Shown: piece after piece, positions 45,884-56,292 of the stretch
How positions within the stretch are numbered: position 1 is the stretch's first letter
Layout: each line of letters begins with the position of its first letter
Assembly (NCBI GenBank): GCA_041441465.1
Contig: JASDSY010000032.1
Span: 72 to 64,071 of the forward strand
Length of the DNA stretch: 64,000 nucleotides
Source: Candidatus Wallbacteria bacterium
GTDB taxonomy: Bacteria; Muiribacteriota; UBA9980
Direction of reading: 5' to 3'
Translations under genes and position numbers: made by a program
The notes under the pieces: model-generated
Seen by the model: the letters and a program-made list of their open reading frames with translations, nothing else
What the model was told of the DNA's origin: nothing
Databases searched by the model: none

Positions 45884-48118
45884 ATGAATAAATTTTATAT
45901 GACCGTAAAAATAGTCAATATTAGAATATTATTGTTTTTAGTCATTGGATTGTTATTTTTAATGTCACCCTTTAGTTTGATTAATAATGGCGCAGCATAT
46001 GCGCAGGAAAGCTCTTCTGTTTCTGTTTTGCCTCTTTCTATCGGAGATACCGGCGCGCTTCTTGCTGAAGCTAAAAATGCTTTGGAGCAGCGTGATTACA
46101 ACACTGCCATAAATCGTCTGGAGACTATCATTGCTATGAGCGGCCAGGTCGATGATAATATCCGTGAAATGCTGTTGGCTGCTCTCGAAAAACAACTTGA
46201 AATTGAAGCGGCTAAAAAAAATTATAAAGATGCAATATCTTTTAATTTAAAGATTATCAATCTTCAAAAAAGCTTTAATTTTGTCTGGCTGAACCGTCTG
46301 TTGAATTTGTACTTGATATCAGGAAATTATCGTAAGGCGCACGAAGTCTGCGCTGAAATATTAAAAAAGCAGGATTTATTATCGCTTTCAAAAGAAAATC
46401 TTGCTCAAATTTACGGCAAATTGTCAGTTGTTTATTCTTCTTTTTTAGATGAAACCAAAACTTTTGAATCTATACTTACAGCTTTAAGCCTGGACGAGAA
46501 TGTCAAAAACACATCCAGATATTTTGAACTTATATTTCCTAAAAATCTAAAATACAAATCTATAATTGATTATTCGCTGGCTCTTGAATCGAAGAAGAAA
46601 AATAAGGAAGCATATATATTCGCTTTAATTCATTCTAAAATTTCAGATGATAAAGCTTCATCTTCTGAGATTTTAAAGAGGTTGTTAGCCCAAAATCCTG
46701 AATTTAAGAAATATAACGATGAACTTTCCAAAGAAAAAGCAGCTCAGGCAGCGGCGGGGAGTTCGAATTCAGCCTCTGAAAACTCGAATTTTATGTTGTC
46801 TACTTCCGAAACCTCTATGGCGCTGCCTAATGCTGACACGTCGTTAGTTTTAATTTCAAATGTTCCTTCTAAACTTGATAATGCAGAGCTTAACAAAACC
46901 AATATTCCTACAAAAACATTAAAAGATGTTTCCTCTGATTATATAGCTTTTTTTGAGCGCGGTGAAAATTTATTCAAGAATCAACGTTACGAGGATGCTG
47001 TTTCTGAATATGAAAGAGCTTTGAATTTAGCGCCCGAGAAGCATAAAAAAGAAATCGAGCGTAAAATTTTTTCAGCATATTGGCATTCCAAGGAAGAATA
47101 TATAAAAATAGCTGTATATTCGACGATATTGGCTTTTTTTATGGTGTTTTTTTATTATTATAATCCATTTAGCAGTTCTTCTAAAGAGCAATACGGGCTT
47201 ATTAACGTTTCGAAAACTATGAAAAATGCTCTTTCGCTAATGGAAGAAAAAAAATATCAGAAAGCTATTTCTGAATTTGAGAAACTTTCCGACATGAAAT
47301 TGTCAAATTCGGAAACGGTAATGCTCTTTTTGAATATGGGAATTGCTTTTTATAATCTCAATTCATATTCAAGCGCGCTTATGGCTTTAAGGAAAGTTTT
47401 GCAGTATGATTATGAAAATATCGATGCTTATAAATTTTTAGGTAAAATCTACTTGAAAACAAAAGACAGGACCCATAAAGCGATGGAAGTGTTTAATTTT
47501 TTGATCGATAAAAAAATAGCCGATCTTGAAACAATGAAAATTGTTGCGGCTTATAATGCTCAGCAAAATCAGATAGATGAGAAAACAGTTCAGCTGGCTA
47601 CGGATATTATTGCTGTTGAGCCCGATAATGATATTGCCGGAAAGGCTGTCATTAAATATTTCAATAAAATAAAACGTTCCGACGATGAGGTATTAAAGTT
47701 CATCGAGCATTATACCGAGGTTTATCCGCGTGATATCGACTGCCGTATTATACTTCTTGAAGTTTTATACAGGCGTAAGGACTATAAACATATCATTAAC
47801 GAATGTAATTTTCTTTTTACTTATACCATTGATAATGTTTTAATTCATTCTATATTTATTGATTCCATTGTTAATCTTAATCAGCCAAAACTTTTAATTT
47901 CAGAATACGAAAGGCTTTTACATGAAAATCCGGGTTCGATAATTACTAATTTTATATGTCAGTCATTGAAATCTATAATTATCGATAAAAAACGCATACC
48001 GCAGGTGGATTACTCTATTGCGGTAAGGGTTAATTTTAATGTATGTTCAAAATGCTTTCATTTGAATTTAAATGATTATAATAATTGCCAGAGGTGTGGA
48101 AATACATTACAAGTATGA
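45884..48118 (+). CDS. TPR-repeat protein with signal/TM segments and C-terminal zinc ribbon
   Basis: 744 aa with multiple TPR-like units (Y..A...YE.AL.L.P), an internal TM helix (IAVYSTILAFFMVFFYY), and terminal CSKC...CQRCG. Confidence 0.6.
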   Translation: MNKFYMTVKIVNIRILLFLVIGLLFLMSPFSLINNGAAYAQESSSVSVLPLSIGDTGALLAEAKNALEQRDYNTAINRLETIIAMSGQVDDNIREMLLAALEKQLEIEAAKKNYKDAISFNLKIINLQKSFNFVWLNRLLNLYLISGNYRKAHEVCAEILKKQDLLSLSKENLAQIYGKLSVVYSSFLDETKTFESILTALSLDENVKNTSRYFELIFPKNLKYKSIIDYSLALESKKKNKEAYIFALIHSKISDDKASSSEILKRLLAQNPEFKKYNDELSKEKAAQAAAGSSNSASENSNFMLSTSETSMALPNADTSLVLISNVPSKLDNAELNKTNIPTKTLKDVSSDYIAFFERGENLFKNQRYEDAVSEYERALNLAPEKHKKEIERKIFSAYWHSKEEYIKIAVYSTILAFFMVFFYYYNPFSSSSKEQYGLINVSKTMKNALSLMEEKKYQKAISEFEKLSDMKLSNSETVMLFLNMGIAFYNLNSYSSALMALRKVLQYDYENIDAYKFLGKIYLKTKDRTHKAMEVFNFLIDKKIADLETMKIVAAYNAQQNQIDEKTVQLATDIIAVEPDNDIAGKAVIKYFNKIKRSDDEVLKFIEHYTEVYPRDIDCRIILLEVLYRRKDYKHIINECNFLFTYTIDNVLIHSIFIDSIVNLNQPKLLISEYERLLHENPGSIITNFICQSLKSIIIDKKRIPQVDYSIAVRVNFNVCSKCFHLNLNDYNNCQRCGNTLQV

Positions 48119-49509
48119 TTTCAATAAGCAGCTTATTAGCCATATTTTTAGTATTATTAATATTTGTTACACTTTTTCTGTTCAAGAAAAATTCTGAACA
48201 GGGAGTTTACATTTCTGATTTATTAAAAGAAAAGCAGAAAATGTATTCTGATATTTCAAAAATAAAGCATGACGCTCAGGAGCAGACAACTGAAATAATA
48301 ACAAAGACGACCCAAAAAAATATTAAGCAGTCTACTTTGTTTTTGAAAATAAAAAAAATTGTTTCAAGTTTTGATCCCGATGAAATATGTAATAACGTAT
48401 TCGATATATTAGTCAAAGAACTTGGCGTGACTAAAGCCTGCATATTGCTTTTAAATGAACGAAAGCATGTATATACGGTTTTGTCATCTATAGGATTCAT
48501 GGCTGACGAACAAAGCCGCATTGTGATCAGTCCTCATGAAAATAGTTTAATCGGTATGGCAATTCGTTCGAATCTTCTTGTCGATATCAAAACAATTGAA
48601 AGAGATCAGTCATTTCAAGCTTTAGTGCATAAAGGCACATTGAAAACATTAATGGCCGCTCCGCTTCATCACAGTAAATCATCTGAAATAATGGCTGTTT
48701 TAAATATATGTGAAATGCAGAACGCATCAAATTATTCTACCGATGATAAACATCTTTTTAATATGGTCGCTTCACTTTTAGAAGTTGCATTTAATAATTC
48801 ACTAATTTATGAAACGCAAATAGAAGAAAGCCAGAAAAATGTGGAGGAACGTGAAAAACTAAAGGATGTTTTCGGACGATATGTTTCTTCGCAAATTATA
48901 GACGAAATTTTGAAGAATGCTGATTCAATTGAATTGGGCGGCGTTTCAAAGCAAGTTACAATTTTAGCGTCTGATATCAGAAGTTTTTCGACAATGTCGG
49001 AAGTATTTACGGCTCAGGAAATGGTTGCAATGCTAAATGATTATTTTTCGGTCATGACTGAAATTGTTAATATCAATCATGGCTGCGTTGATAAATTTAT
49101 CGGCGATGCTATGATGGTTCTTTTTGGCGCTCCATTAAAAACGCCTGATGATAATTTTAACGCTATAAGATGCGCGCTTGAAATGCAGGACGCGATAAAA
49201 ATATTTGAAAATAAATGGCGTGAAATAAAAGGTAATGACCTTAATTTTAAAATAGGGATAGGTATTAATACAGGTGAAGTCATTATAGGAAATATAGGTT
49301 CATCGTCGAGAATGGAATATACCGCGATAGGCGATAATGTTAATGTCGCTTTCAGGCTGGAAGAAATCGCTCCGGGCGGGACTATCTTCATTACTGAATC
49401 GTTTTATAATGAGATAAAAGATAAAGTAAATGTGAAAAAGCTGGATCCGGTAACTGTTAAAGGACGCACTAAATCAGTGCAAGTGTATGAGGTTTTGAGT
49501 TTAAAGTAA
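48115..49509 (+). CDS. Membrane-anchored GAF - class III adenylate cyclase
   Basis: The ATG at 48115 overlaps the TPR gene stop (ATGA). N-terminal TM helix, then a GAF-like region. Cyclase motifs: VTILASDIRSFS, VDKFIGDAMMVLFG, GINTGEVIIGNIGS, EYTAIGDNVNVAFRLE. Confidence 0.8.
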   Translation: MISISSLLAIFLVLLIFVTLFLFKKNSEQGVYISDLLKEKQKMYSDISKIKHDAQEQTTEIITKTTQKNIKQSTLFLKIKKIVSSFDPDEICNNVFDILVKELGVTKACILLLNERKHVYTVLSSIGFMADEQSRIVISPHENSLIGMAIRSNLLVDIKTIERDQSFQALVHKGTLKTLMAAPLHHSKSSEIMAVLNICEMQNASNYSTDDKHLFNMVASLLEVAFNNSLIYETQIEESQKNVEEREKLKDVFGRYVSSQIIDEILKNADSIELGGVSKQVTILASDIRSFSTMSEVFTAQEMVAMLNDYFSVMTEIVNINHGCVDKFIGDAMMVLFGAPLKTPDDNFNAIRCALEMQDAIKIFENKWREIKGNDLNFKIGIGINTGEVIIGNIGSSSRMEYTAIGDNVNVAFRLEEIAPGGTIFITESFYNEIKDKVNVKKLDPVTVKGRTKSVQVYEVLSLK

Positions 49510-49597
49510 TTTATAAAGCCCGAGTGATGATTTAATTAAATATTTATAAAATAGTTAATTAAATTAATTTTATCGAGCTAAAAGTGAGGTAAGTTTA

Positions 49598-50815
49598 ATG
49601 GAGAAAAAGTTAAGGTTGTCTGTAAGAGATAAATATATGCAGGCATCACCGATCAGGAAATTAGTACCGTTGGCTAACGCTGCTAAAGAAAAAGGCATGA
49701 CTGTTTATCATTTGAACATAGGTCAGCCTGATATTGAAACACCTGAAGAATTACTTAACGGTTTTAAAAAAATAACGACTAAAACAATCGCGTATTCGCC
49801 TTCGCAGGGTGAGAATAAATATCTTGACTCTCTTATAAAGTATTATGAAAAGGTAGGCGTCAAAGGCCTTAAAAGAAATGATATTCTTGTCACGATGGGC
49901 GGCTCCGAAGCTATATTATTCGCTATGATGGCAATTTGTGACCCTGGTGACGAAATAATCGTATTTGAACCGTTTTATACAAATTATAACGGTTTTGCGG
50001 TTATGGCCAATGTTAAACTTGTGCCGGTTTTAACTCATGCCGAAGATGGTTTTCACCTGCCGGATAAATCAAAAATAGAAGAAAAAATTACTTCAAAAAC
50101 GCGCGGCATATTACTGTGCAATCCTAATAATCCGACTGGGACAGTTTATAGTCAAAAAGAACTTAAAATGATTGCGGATATATGCTTGAAGCATAATATT
50201 TTCTTTTTAGCCGATGAAGTTTATCGCGAATTCATATATGACGGCGATAAATGCATGTCCGCTTTATGTTTAGAAGAAATATCCGACCGCGTAATAATGA
50301 TGGATTCAATTTCGAAAAGATACAGTGCCTGCGGATTTAGAATGGGCTGCGTCGTTTCGAAAAATAATGAAATAATGAATCTGATTTTACGTTTTGCCCA
50401 GGCAAGGCTTTCATCGCCATATGTCGAGCAAATTGCAGCCGCTGAATCGTTATTCGTATCTGATAAGCATATGGCTGAAATGATAAATGAATATAAGGAA
50501 CGTCGTGACATAGTATATAAAGCGCTTGTTAAAAATAAAAAAATAATATGTAAAGAACCGAAAGGCGCGTTTTATGTAATCGCGAAATTGCCTATTAAGG
50601 ATTGCAATAAATTTGCGGCATGGCTTTTAACTGACTTTAATTACAACAATAAAACGGTAATGGTAGCACCTGCTAATGGTTTTTACGCTACTCCAGGACA
50701 TGGCGACGACGAGATCAGACTGGCTTATGTTATCAGCCGTGATCATTTAAAAGAAGCTATGGACATTCTTGCTATGGCAATTGAACAATATGAAAAAATT
50801 GAGAAAGGGTTATAA
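49598..50815 (+). CDS. Class I/II PLP-dependent aminotransferase (aspartate aminotransferase-like)
   Basis: LNIGQPD, Y.PSQG, NPNNPTG, DEVYREF, SISKRYSACGFRMG (PLP Lys), RLAY. Confidence 0.85.
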   Translation: MEKKLRLSVRDKYMQASPIRKLVPLANAAKEKGMTVYHLNIGQPDIETPEELLNGFKKITTKTIAYSPSQGENKYLDSLIKYYEKVGVKGLKRNDILVTMGGSEAILFAMMAICDPGDEIIVFEPFYTNYNGFAVMANVKLVPVLTHAEDGFHLPDKSKIEEKITSKTRGILLCNPNNPTGTVYSQKELKMIADICLKHNIFFLADEVYREFIYDGDKCMSALCLEEISDRVIMMDSISKRYSACGFRMGCVVSKNNEIMNLILRFAQARLSSPYVEQIAAAESLFVSDKHMAEMINEYKERRDIVYKALVKNKKIICKEPKGAFYVIAKLPIKDCNKFAAWLLTDFNYNNKTVMVAPANGFYATPGHGDDEIRLAYVISRDHLKEAMDILAMAIEQYEKIEKGL

Positions 50816-51764
50816 AATTTTTAACCCGTTAGTTTTATTAAATAAAATAAAAGCCGGAATGCCGTCGGAATTTTATAATTTTCCGGCCGGTTCCGGCTTT
50901 TCCATAAAAAAAAATTTAAACTATATATTTTTTTTAATTTTCATAATATTATCTTCGGCTCTGGCTTTTTATTCAGCAAATTATGAATTAGCGTTCGCCC
51001 AGGAAAAGTTTGAATTTGTTAAAGTCATAGGTATGGTCGCCGGTGAAAAAAATCAGAAGCCAGTTGCAGACTGTCTTGTAATTATTGGTTCAAAAACTGC
51101 CAGGACAAATGAAAATGGATTTTTTGAAATTTCAAATATCATAAGCGGAGAATATTCGGTTAAAGCTGAGCATCCTCAGTACGCAGGTTATGTTGATATA
51201 AAAATTCTTGACCAGCCGATTAATGGTCTTAAAATATTGTTAAAGACTGAAAAAGCGGAAGAAACTCAAAAAGAGAAATTAAATAAAGAATATGATAAAT
51301 TATGGGCGAAACTCATGAAGCTCAACAAAAAAGAGATTATTGTCGGCGAAGAAGCGGCGCCTGTCAAAAAAAAGTCGAGCGGATATTACAGTAAATACGG
51401 CCGTTCCTCCGGCGCGAATGAACCATCTTCGGGCTTTAAATATTCTAAAATAACGCCCGAGGAAAAAGAAAAATCAAGTTCACCTAAAATTGATACTAAA
51501 GGCGGCTTTAGCAAGCTTATTGGACGTGTTTATGAGTCGAACGGCAGTCAGATAGAGACCGAAGCAAGAATAAGTTTCGGCCCTCAAACAATTAAAACGA
51601 GCGAATTTGGCGCTTTCGAGATTGAAAATGTGCCGGCCGGAGTTTATTCGGTGACAATACGCGCTAAAGGATATATAACTAAAGTATATGAAAAAGTCAA
51701 ATTGAAAAATGGCATAAATAAATATGATTTCTATCTTACTAAATCTTCGTCTGGTTCGAAATAA
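50790..51764 (+). CDS. Secreted/membrane protein with two carboxypeptidase-regulatory-like (CarboxypepD_reg) domains
   Basis: Two units: V.G....PV.DC.VIIGSKTARTNENGFFEISNIISGEYSVKAEHPQY and GRVYESNG...E.RISFG.QTIKTSEFGAFEIENVPAGVYSVTIRAKGY. Start uncertain (50769, 50790 or 50859). Confidence 0.6.
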   Translation: MKKLRKGYKIFNPLVLLNKIKAGMPSEFYNFPAGSGFSIKKNLNYIFFLIFIILSSALAFYSANYELAFAQEKFEFVKVIGMVAGEKNQKPVADCLVIIGSKTARTNENGFFEISNIISGEYSVKAEHPQYAGYVDIKILDQPINGLKILLKTEKAEETQKEKLNKEYDKLWAKLMKLNKKEIIVGEEAAPVKKKSSGYYSKYGRSSGANEPSSGFKYSKITPEEKEKSSSPKIDTKGGFSKLIGRVYESNGSQIETEARISFGPQTIKTSEFGAFEIENVPAGVYSVTIRAKGYITKVYEKVKLKNGINKYDFYLTKSSSGSK

Positions 51765-51900
51765 ATAATCTTTTCATCTAACCTTTTTTTAGATTTGCAT
51801 AGGTTATCTTAATTACCTTTTATTAATAAAAATAGTCAATTGTATTTGTAAATTTTAACTGCTAGAATTTTATATTTTGCAAATTTAAAAGAAGGAAAAT

Positions 51901-51942
51901 AAAAAAGGCTTATCATAAGTTGCCTTTTAATAAGCCTTTTTT
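51901..51942. terminator. Bidirectional intrinsic terminator between convergent genes
   Basis: AAAAAAGGCTTAT (51901-51913) pairs with ATAAGCCTTTTTT (51930-51942); 16-nt loop. Confidence 0.6.
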
Positions 51943-51969
51943 AGTAAATTTCAATAATTATTTTTTGTT

Positions 51970-53262
51970 TTACAGACTTGGACTGCCCCAATAATCTTCG
52001 TTTACATCGCTGCCGTGCGGATCATATGCTTCGTAATCATCTTCATTGCCGTGAAATTCAATCAACTTAGGCTCGGCGATTTTTATCATTTCATCCCAAT
52101 TAAGTGCCTGGAATTTTAACGTCCTATAGTATAAATTAAAAATTGTTCTTGGGAAGAAAATTGCCATTCCTGATGAGTTAGACATTGCGGTGTTATTGAA
52201 TGCATTTGTCATTATGCACTTTTGATAAGCCATTAAAACTTGCGTAGCCGCTTCTTTTATTTTGGCATTCTTACTGGTTTCATTTATCAGTTTCATGAAG
52301 TGACCTATGTCCATATTGTCGCGGTCATAATATTTCTGGACCTGTTTATGCGCTTCCTGGAAAATTTTAATTTCTGATGCATCAGTCGTCATTGCTTCTT
52401 TTGCTGCTATCGCAAAAGCGTCAACAGCTTTAGCCAGCGTGTCTATTTCCTTGCAGTCAACTGTTGACATTGTCGCGTTATCTTTTTCACTTTTTTTATA
52501 GCTCTCATTATAAATTGAAGGAATCATTGTCGCAAATTCTTTTGCGTTTATTGAAGCGTTGCCAAATAACGGGCTGAATATATATTCATAAGGCCAGCCC
52601 GGACCCGGAACAACCTCTTCCGAGGAAACTATATAACTTACAGAGTCTTTTATTTCATAGTCGACTTCAAGCATCTGCATAAGGCAGGCGTCAGTTCCGA
52701 AAATATCAAGAGGCTTGCCGATTAGCGCGGCAGCTTTGGCAAATACGCGGCCTAATTCCTTGGTTGAAATATAATGTTTCGACTGGTCATCGTAAGAAAT
52801 TCCGCGCGTAATTTTTTTGTCGGTTTTGCGCCAGCCGGAACCATGATTTTGGATAATAAGCATATATTTTGCCGCAGGATAATTCGTGACTGACCAGGTT
52901 ATGAATTCATCTAAAACTTTAGGATGTCCCATGTCGAGTTCACCGAGTTCGGCTAATTTATTTGAGCAAAAACCCCAGTCGTCAGGTTTATTTGCCATTG
53001 AACGCGGGCTCACCTGATAACGGCGGGCAGGTTTATTCAGCCTGTCGATTTCGACAAGCACATTGACGTCATCTGACGTGCCGGCAGTTTCCATTTCTTT
53101 AAGGTCATTGCAAAGGTCGGTATCGAGATTGTTGTCTGCGTTTGAAAATACCATGACCGTCCATTTCTTTTTGGCCGTTTTATCCGCAGCATTTACGGTT
53201 GACGGCATTGCCAATACCAGCGTAAATGTAATCGCCACTAATAGAAACATGCATTTTTTCAT
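51970..53262 (-). CDS. Clostripain-family cysteine peptidase (C11), secreted
   Basis: Signal peptide; WTVMVFSNADNNLD, catalytic His context IIQNHGSGW, catalytic Cys context FGTDACLMQMLEV. Confidence 0.8.
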   Translation of the reverse strand: MKKCMFLLVAITFTLVLAMPSTVNAADKTAKKKWTVMVFSNADNNLDTDLCNDLKEMETAGTSDDVNVLVEIDRLNKPARRYQVSPRSMANKPDDWGFCSNKLAELGELDMGHPKVLDEFITWSVTNYPAAKYMLIIQNHGSGWRKTDKKITRGISYDDQSKHYISTKELGRVFAKAAALIGKPLDIFGTDACLMQMLEVDYEIKDSVSYIVSSEEVVPGPGWPYEYIFSPLFGNASINAKEFATMIPSIYNESYKKSEKDNATMSTVDCKEIDTLAKAVDAFAIAAKEAMTTDASEIKIFQEAHKQVQKYYDRDNMDIGHFMKLINETSKNAKIKEAATQVLMAYQKCIMTNAFNNTAMSNSSGMAIFFPRTIFNLYYRTLKFQALNWDEMIKIAEPKLIEFHGNEDDYEAYDPHGSDVNEDYWGSPSL

Positions 53263-53505
53263 TTTACCAGCTCCTGAAGTATTTAATATAATTGATATTA
53301 GTTAAGTGTTACTTAATTATTTTTAAAATTTATTATACTTAATTTTATCAGAGAAACGCCAATTAATCAATAAATATTATTAAAATATAAGATTTGTTCT
53401 ATTTAGTGAATAGTTTTATGGTTTTAATTTTAATAATGTCCAAAATTAAAATGGCTCCTTTATGAGCAACCAAGTTAAAAATAAAGCGATATTATATTTT
53501 TTTAC

Positions 53506-53656
53506 TTAAGTTTCGCACCTTAAAAATGTCTGTAAATAATGATTTTAAAAATTAATAAGATTTTGTTTTTAGTATTTGACTTCAAAAATAGTCGTAAATA
53601 TGTTGGTTAAAAAATATGGATTGATGTAATAATACTGGTTTTGCTATGCTAAACTT
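53506..53656 (+). promoter_or_regulatory. Promoter/leader module, copy 1 (upstream of cstA)
   Basis: TTGACT, 17-nt spacer, TATGTT, then a conserved leader ...aaaaaatatgGattGatGtaataaTActggtttTgctatgcTaaact. About 75% identical over ~150 bp to 55424-55562. Confidence 0.55.
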
Positions 53657-53939
53657 AAGTTTTTTATAAAAGTGCCTGTGCAATAATAAGAAAAAACAGC
53701 CAAAATCTTTAAATTATTATATATTAAACAATGCAAACGACAGTTTTCGTGGTAATAAAAATATTTTCCAGAAAAAAATTTATTTATCTATCATGCCTGC
53801 TTAAAAAAAATTAATTTTTTAAAATTAAATAATTTCTTGATTTTCAGGTAATTTATGATGTAAAATTCTCTGATAAATGTAAAAAACAATGATAAAAATG
53901 CATTTTATGGCAGATGGAAATTTTAAAGGAGCAGTTGGC

Positions 53940-55391
53940 ATGTTAGTTTTCTTTTCCTGTGTTTTATTTCTAGTGGGCGGGTATTTTATTTACGGAACAT
54001 TTATTGAAAAAATTTTTGGAATAAATCCTGAGGCTAAAACTCCGGCGCTTTCCAAAACTGACGGTGTTGACTATGTTCCAATGGAGTGGTGGCGCATATT
54101 TTTGATTCAATTTTTGAATATAGCCGGACTCGGTCCTATTTTCGGTGCGGTTGCAGGCGCGATGTGGGGGCCGGCCGCTTTTTTATGGATTATATTTGGC
54201 TGCTTATTTATAGGAGCAGTTCATGATTATCTTTCAGGAATGCTTTCGATTCAGCACGGCGGCGAAAGTCTTTCGGAGCTTGTCGGGCGTTATCTTGGGA
54301 GCTTTGTCAAGCAGTTTATGAGATGTTTTTCAATTGTATTGCTTTTGCTTGTCGGAGCAGTTTTTATAACCGGGCCGGCCAAAATACTCGAGGGCTTGAG
54401 CCTGGGACCTACCTGTAATCAATGGGCTATTATAATTTTTATTTACTATATTTTGGCTACTATGCTGCCTATAGATCAATTGATAGGAAGGATTTATCCA
54501 ATTTTTGGATTTGCTCTTCTTTTTATGGCTGTAGGAATTTCCGGCTCTATTTTTTATAACGGCTATCCTGCTATTGAATTTTCAGTATCTAACCTTCATA
54601 ATAATCCTGAAAGTTTTCCGATATTTCCGTTGCTTTTTATTTCGATAGCTTGCGGTGCGGTTTCGGGATTTCACGCCACGCAGTCACCGATGATGGCGAG
54701 GTGTTTGAAGAGTGAAACCCTTGGGAAACGTGTGTTTTTTGGAGCTATGATCGCCGAGGGCATTGTCGCTTTGATATGGATTTATGCGTCTTTATCATTT
54801 TTCGGCGGCGCGGAAAAGTTAAACTCTGTAATGGTTGAACATGGCGGTAACGCAGCCTGGGTTGTAAGCCATATATCCAATACTCTTCTTGGACGTCTTG
54901 GCGGAATGCTGGCTCTTCTCGGAGTTGTAGCAGCTCCTATCACTTCCGGTGATACCGCTTTTCGGAGTGCTCGCCTTACTATTGCCGATATGCTTAATTT
55001 CAGCCAGGAAAAAATAATCAACAGACTTTATGTCAGCGTGCCGCTTTTTATAATCGGTTATTGGCTGACTCTTGTTAAATTTGATATAATATGGCGTTAT
55101 ATGGCATGGGCGAATCAGACGCTCGCTGTAATGGTGTTATGGGCAGGCGCAGCGTACCTTATAAAAAAACGTAAATTTCATTGGATTGCTACAATACCGG
55201 CGGTGTTTATGACACAGGTATGTTCAAGTTATATTTTATACGCTAAAGAAGGAATTGCGCTTCCATATAAAATGTCAGTTATCGGCGGCGCTATTTTTAC
55301 CGTTTTATTGACTGTTTGGTTTTTTGTGAAAAATGGTTCGAAAAAACATGCAGTTAACTCTGAGACTGGCGCGGAAGCATTGCCTGAATAA
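53940..55391 (+). CDS. cstA: Carbon starvation protein A family transporter
   Basis: ATG at 53940 (AAAGGAG 8 nt upstream). TPA...DGVDYVP, FLNIAGLGPIFGAVAGAMWGP, GAVHDYLSGM.S..HGG.S are CstA-typical. More than 12 TM segments. Confidence 0.85.
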   Translation: MLVFFSCVLFLVGGYFIYGTFIEKIFGINPEAKTPALSKTDGVDYVPMEWWRIFLIQFLNIAGLGPIFGAVAGAMWGPAAFLWIIFGCLFIGAVHDYLSGMLSIQHGGESLSELVGRYLGSFVKQFMRCFSIVLLLLVGAVFITGPAKILEGLSLGPTCNQWAIIIFIYYILATMLPIDQLIGRIYPIFGFALLFMAVGISGSIFYNGYPAIEFSVSNLHNNPESFPIFPLLFISIACGAVSGFHATQSPMMARCLKSETLGKRVFFGAMIAEGIVALIWIYASLSFFGGAEKLNSVMVEHGGNAAWVVSHISNTLLGRLGGMLALLGVVAAPITSGDTAFRSARLTIADMLNFSQEKIINRLYVSVPLFIIGYWLTLVKFDIIWRYMAWANQTLAVMVLWAGAAYLIKKRKFHWIATIPAVFMTQVCSSYILYAKEGIALPYKMSVIGGAIFTVLLTVWFFVKNGSKKHAVNSETGAEALPE

Positions 55392-55423
55392 CTCTGATGA
55401 GTTATTATATTAAATCAGATTTA

Positions 55424-55562
55424 TTAAGTTTCATACCTCAAAAATCCATACAAATAAGGATTAAAAAAAATATTTTTAGCGTTTGACTTCAAAACCAACC
55501 TTGAATATGTTAGTAAAAAAATATGTATTAATTTAATAACGCTGGTTTGGCTATGCAAAACT
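55424..55562 (+). promoter_or_regulatory. Promoter/leader module, copy 2 (upstream of the PAS-like gene)
   Basis: The same TTGACT / 17-nt spacer / TATGTT arrangement plus the conserved leader. It ends ~30 nt before the ATG at 55592. Confidence 0.55.
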
Positions 55563-55591
55563 CGGGTCAGATTAATAAAAAGGGGGAACAG

Positions 55592-56011
55592 ATGATAATC
55601 GACAGAATGAATGAAGAAACTTTAAAGGCATTGATTGAGACGCTGCCGCTTGAGATTACCGTAATTGACGCAAATGACGAGGTAATAGGTTGGAACCAAC
55701 ATGAGACCAGGCTTTTTACAAGGCCTATGACAAGTATGGGCCTAAATTTTCGCGAGTGCCACCCTGAAAAAAGCGTTGCTAAAGTAGAACAGATTGTCAA
55801 TGAAATGAAGTCAGGTAAGCGTGATAAGGCAAAATTCTGGATTGACATTCCGGTTAAGCCGAATGAAGCGAAGCATAAAATATTGATAGAATTTTTCGCG
55901 CTGCGCGACCGCGCCGGCAAATATCTCGGCTGTATGGAATGTACCCAGGATGTCGAGCATATCAGAAATTTACAGGGTGAAAAAAGACTTTTAGACGAAA
56001 TTCCTGATTAA
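55592..56011 (+). CDS. Small PAS-like domain protein (as found C-terminal to DUF438)
   Basis: ATG at 55592 with AGGGGG RBS. LPLEITVIDANDEVIGWNQHETRLF.R......N...CHP..S resembles the PAS domain of DUF438/hemerythrin-associated proteins. Confidence 0.5.
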   Translation: MIIDRMNEETLKALIETLPLEITVIDANDEVIGWNQHETRLFTRPMTSMGLNFRECHPEKSVAKVEQIVNEMKSGKRDKAKFWIDIPVKPNEAKHKILIEFFALRDRAGKYLGCMECTQDVEHIRNLQGEKRLLDEIPD

Positions 56012-56292
56012 TTTGAATTACTTAATGGAAGTGGCATTCTCTTAATTTAGGTTTGAACGCTTAAAATTTTATTTCAAATAAATATAATAATCGTTTATAT
56101 TATTTTAACGGCGTTAAATAATATTACTCAGCTGAACATATTGAAAAATTAGTGATATTAATATTTTTTTATAAAAGAAAATCCAAGAATAAGTTGGAAT
56201 TATAATTAAAACCGTCTCTGATTTTTCGTTTAAACAGCTTTTAAATAAAAACTTTTAATCAAACGCGAAATTTGAAGATATTATAATGAAAT

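Noticed and set aside
43148-49509. A Pycsar system (PycTM-like effector plus class III cyclase)
   Set aside because: The two genes are 4.4 kb apart with four unrelated genes between them. The cyclase is a TM-GAF signalling type translationally coupled to a TPR protein, unlike the compact PycC-effector operon.
53628-53650. Sigma-54 promoter in the conserved leader (cTGGttttgctaTGCt; also 55543-55557)
   Set aside because: The GG-to-GC spacing is 9 nt rather than the strict 10 nt of the TGGCAC-N5-TTGC consensus. The -24/-12 flanking bases do not match either.
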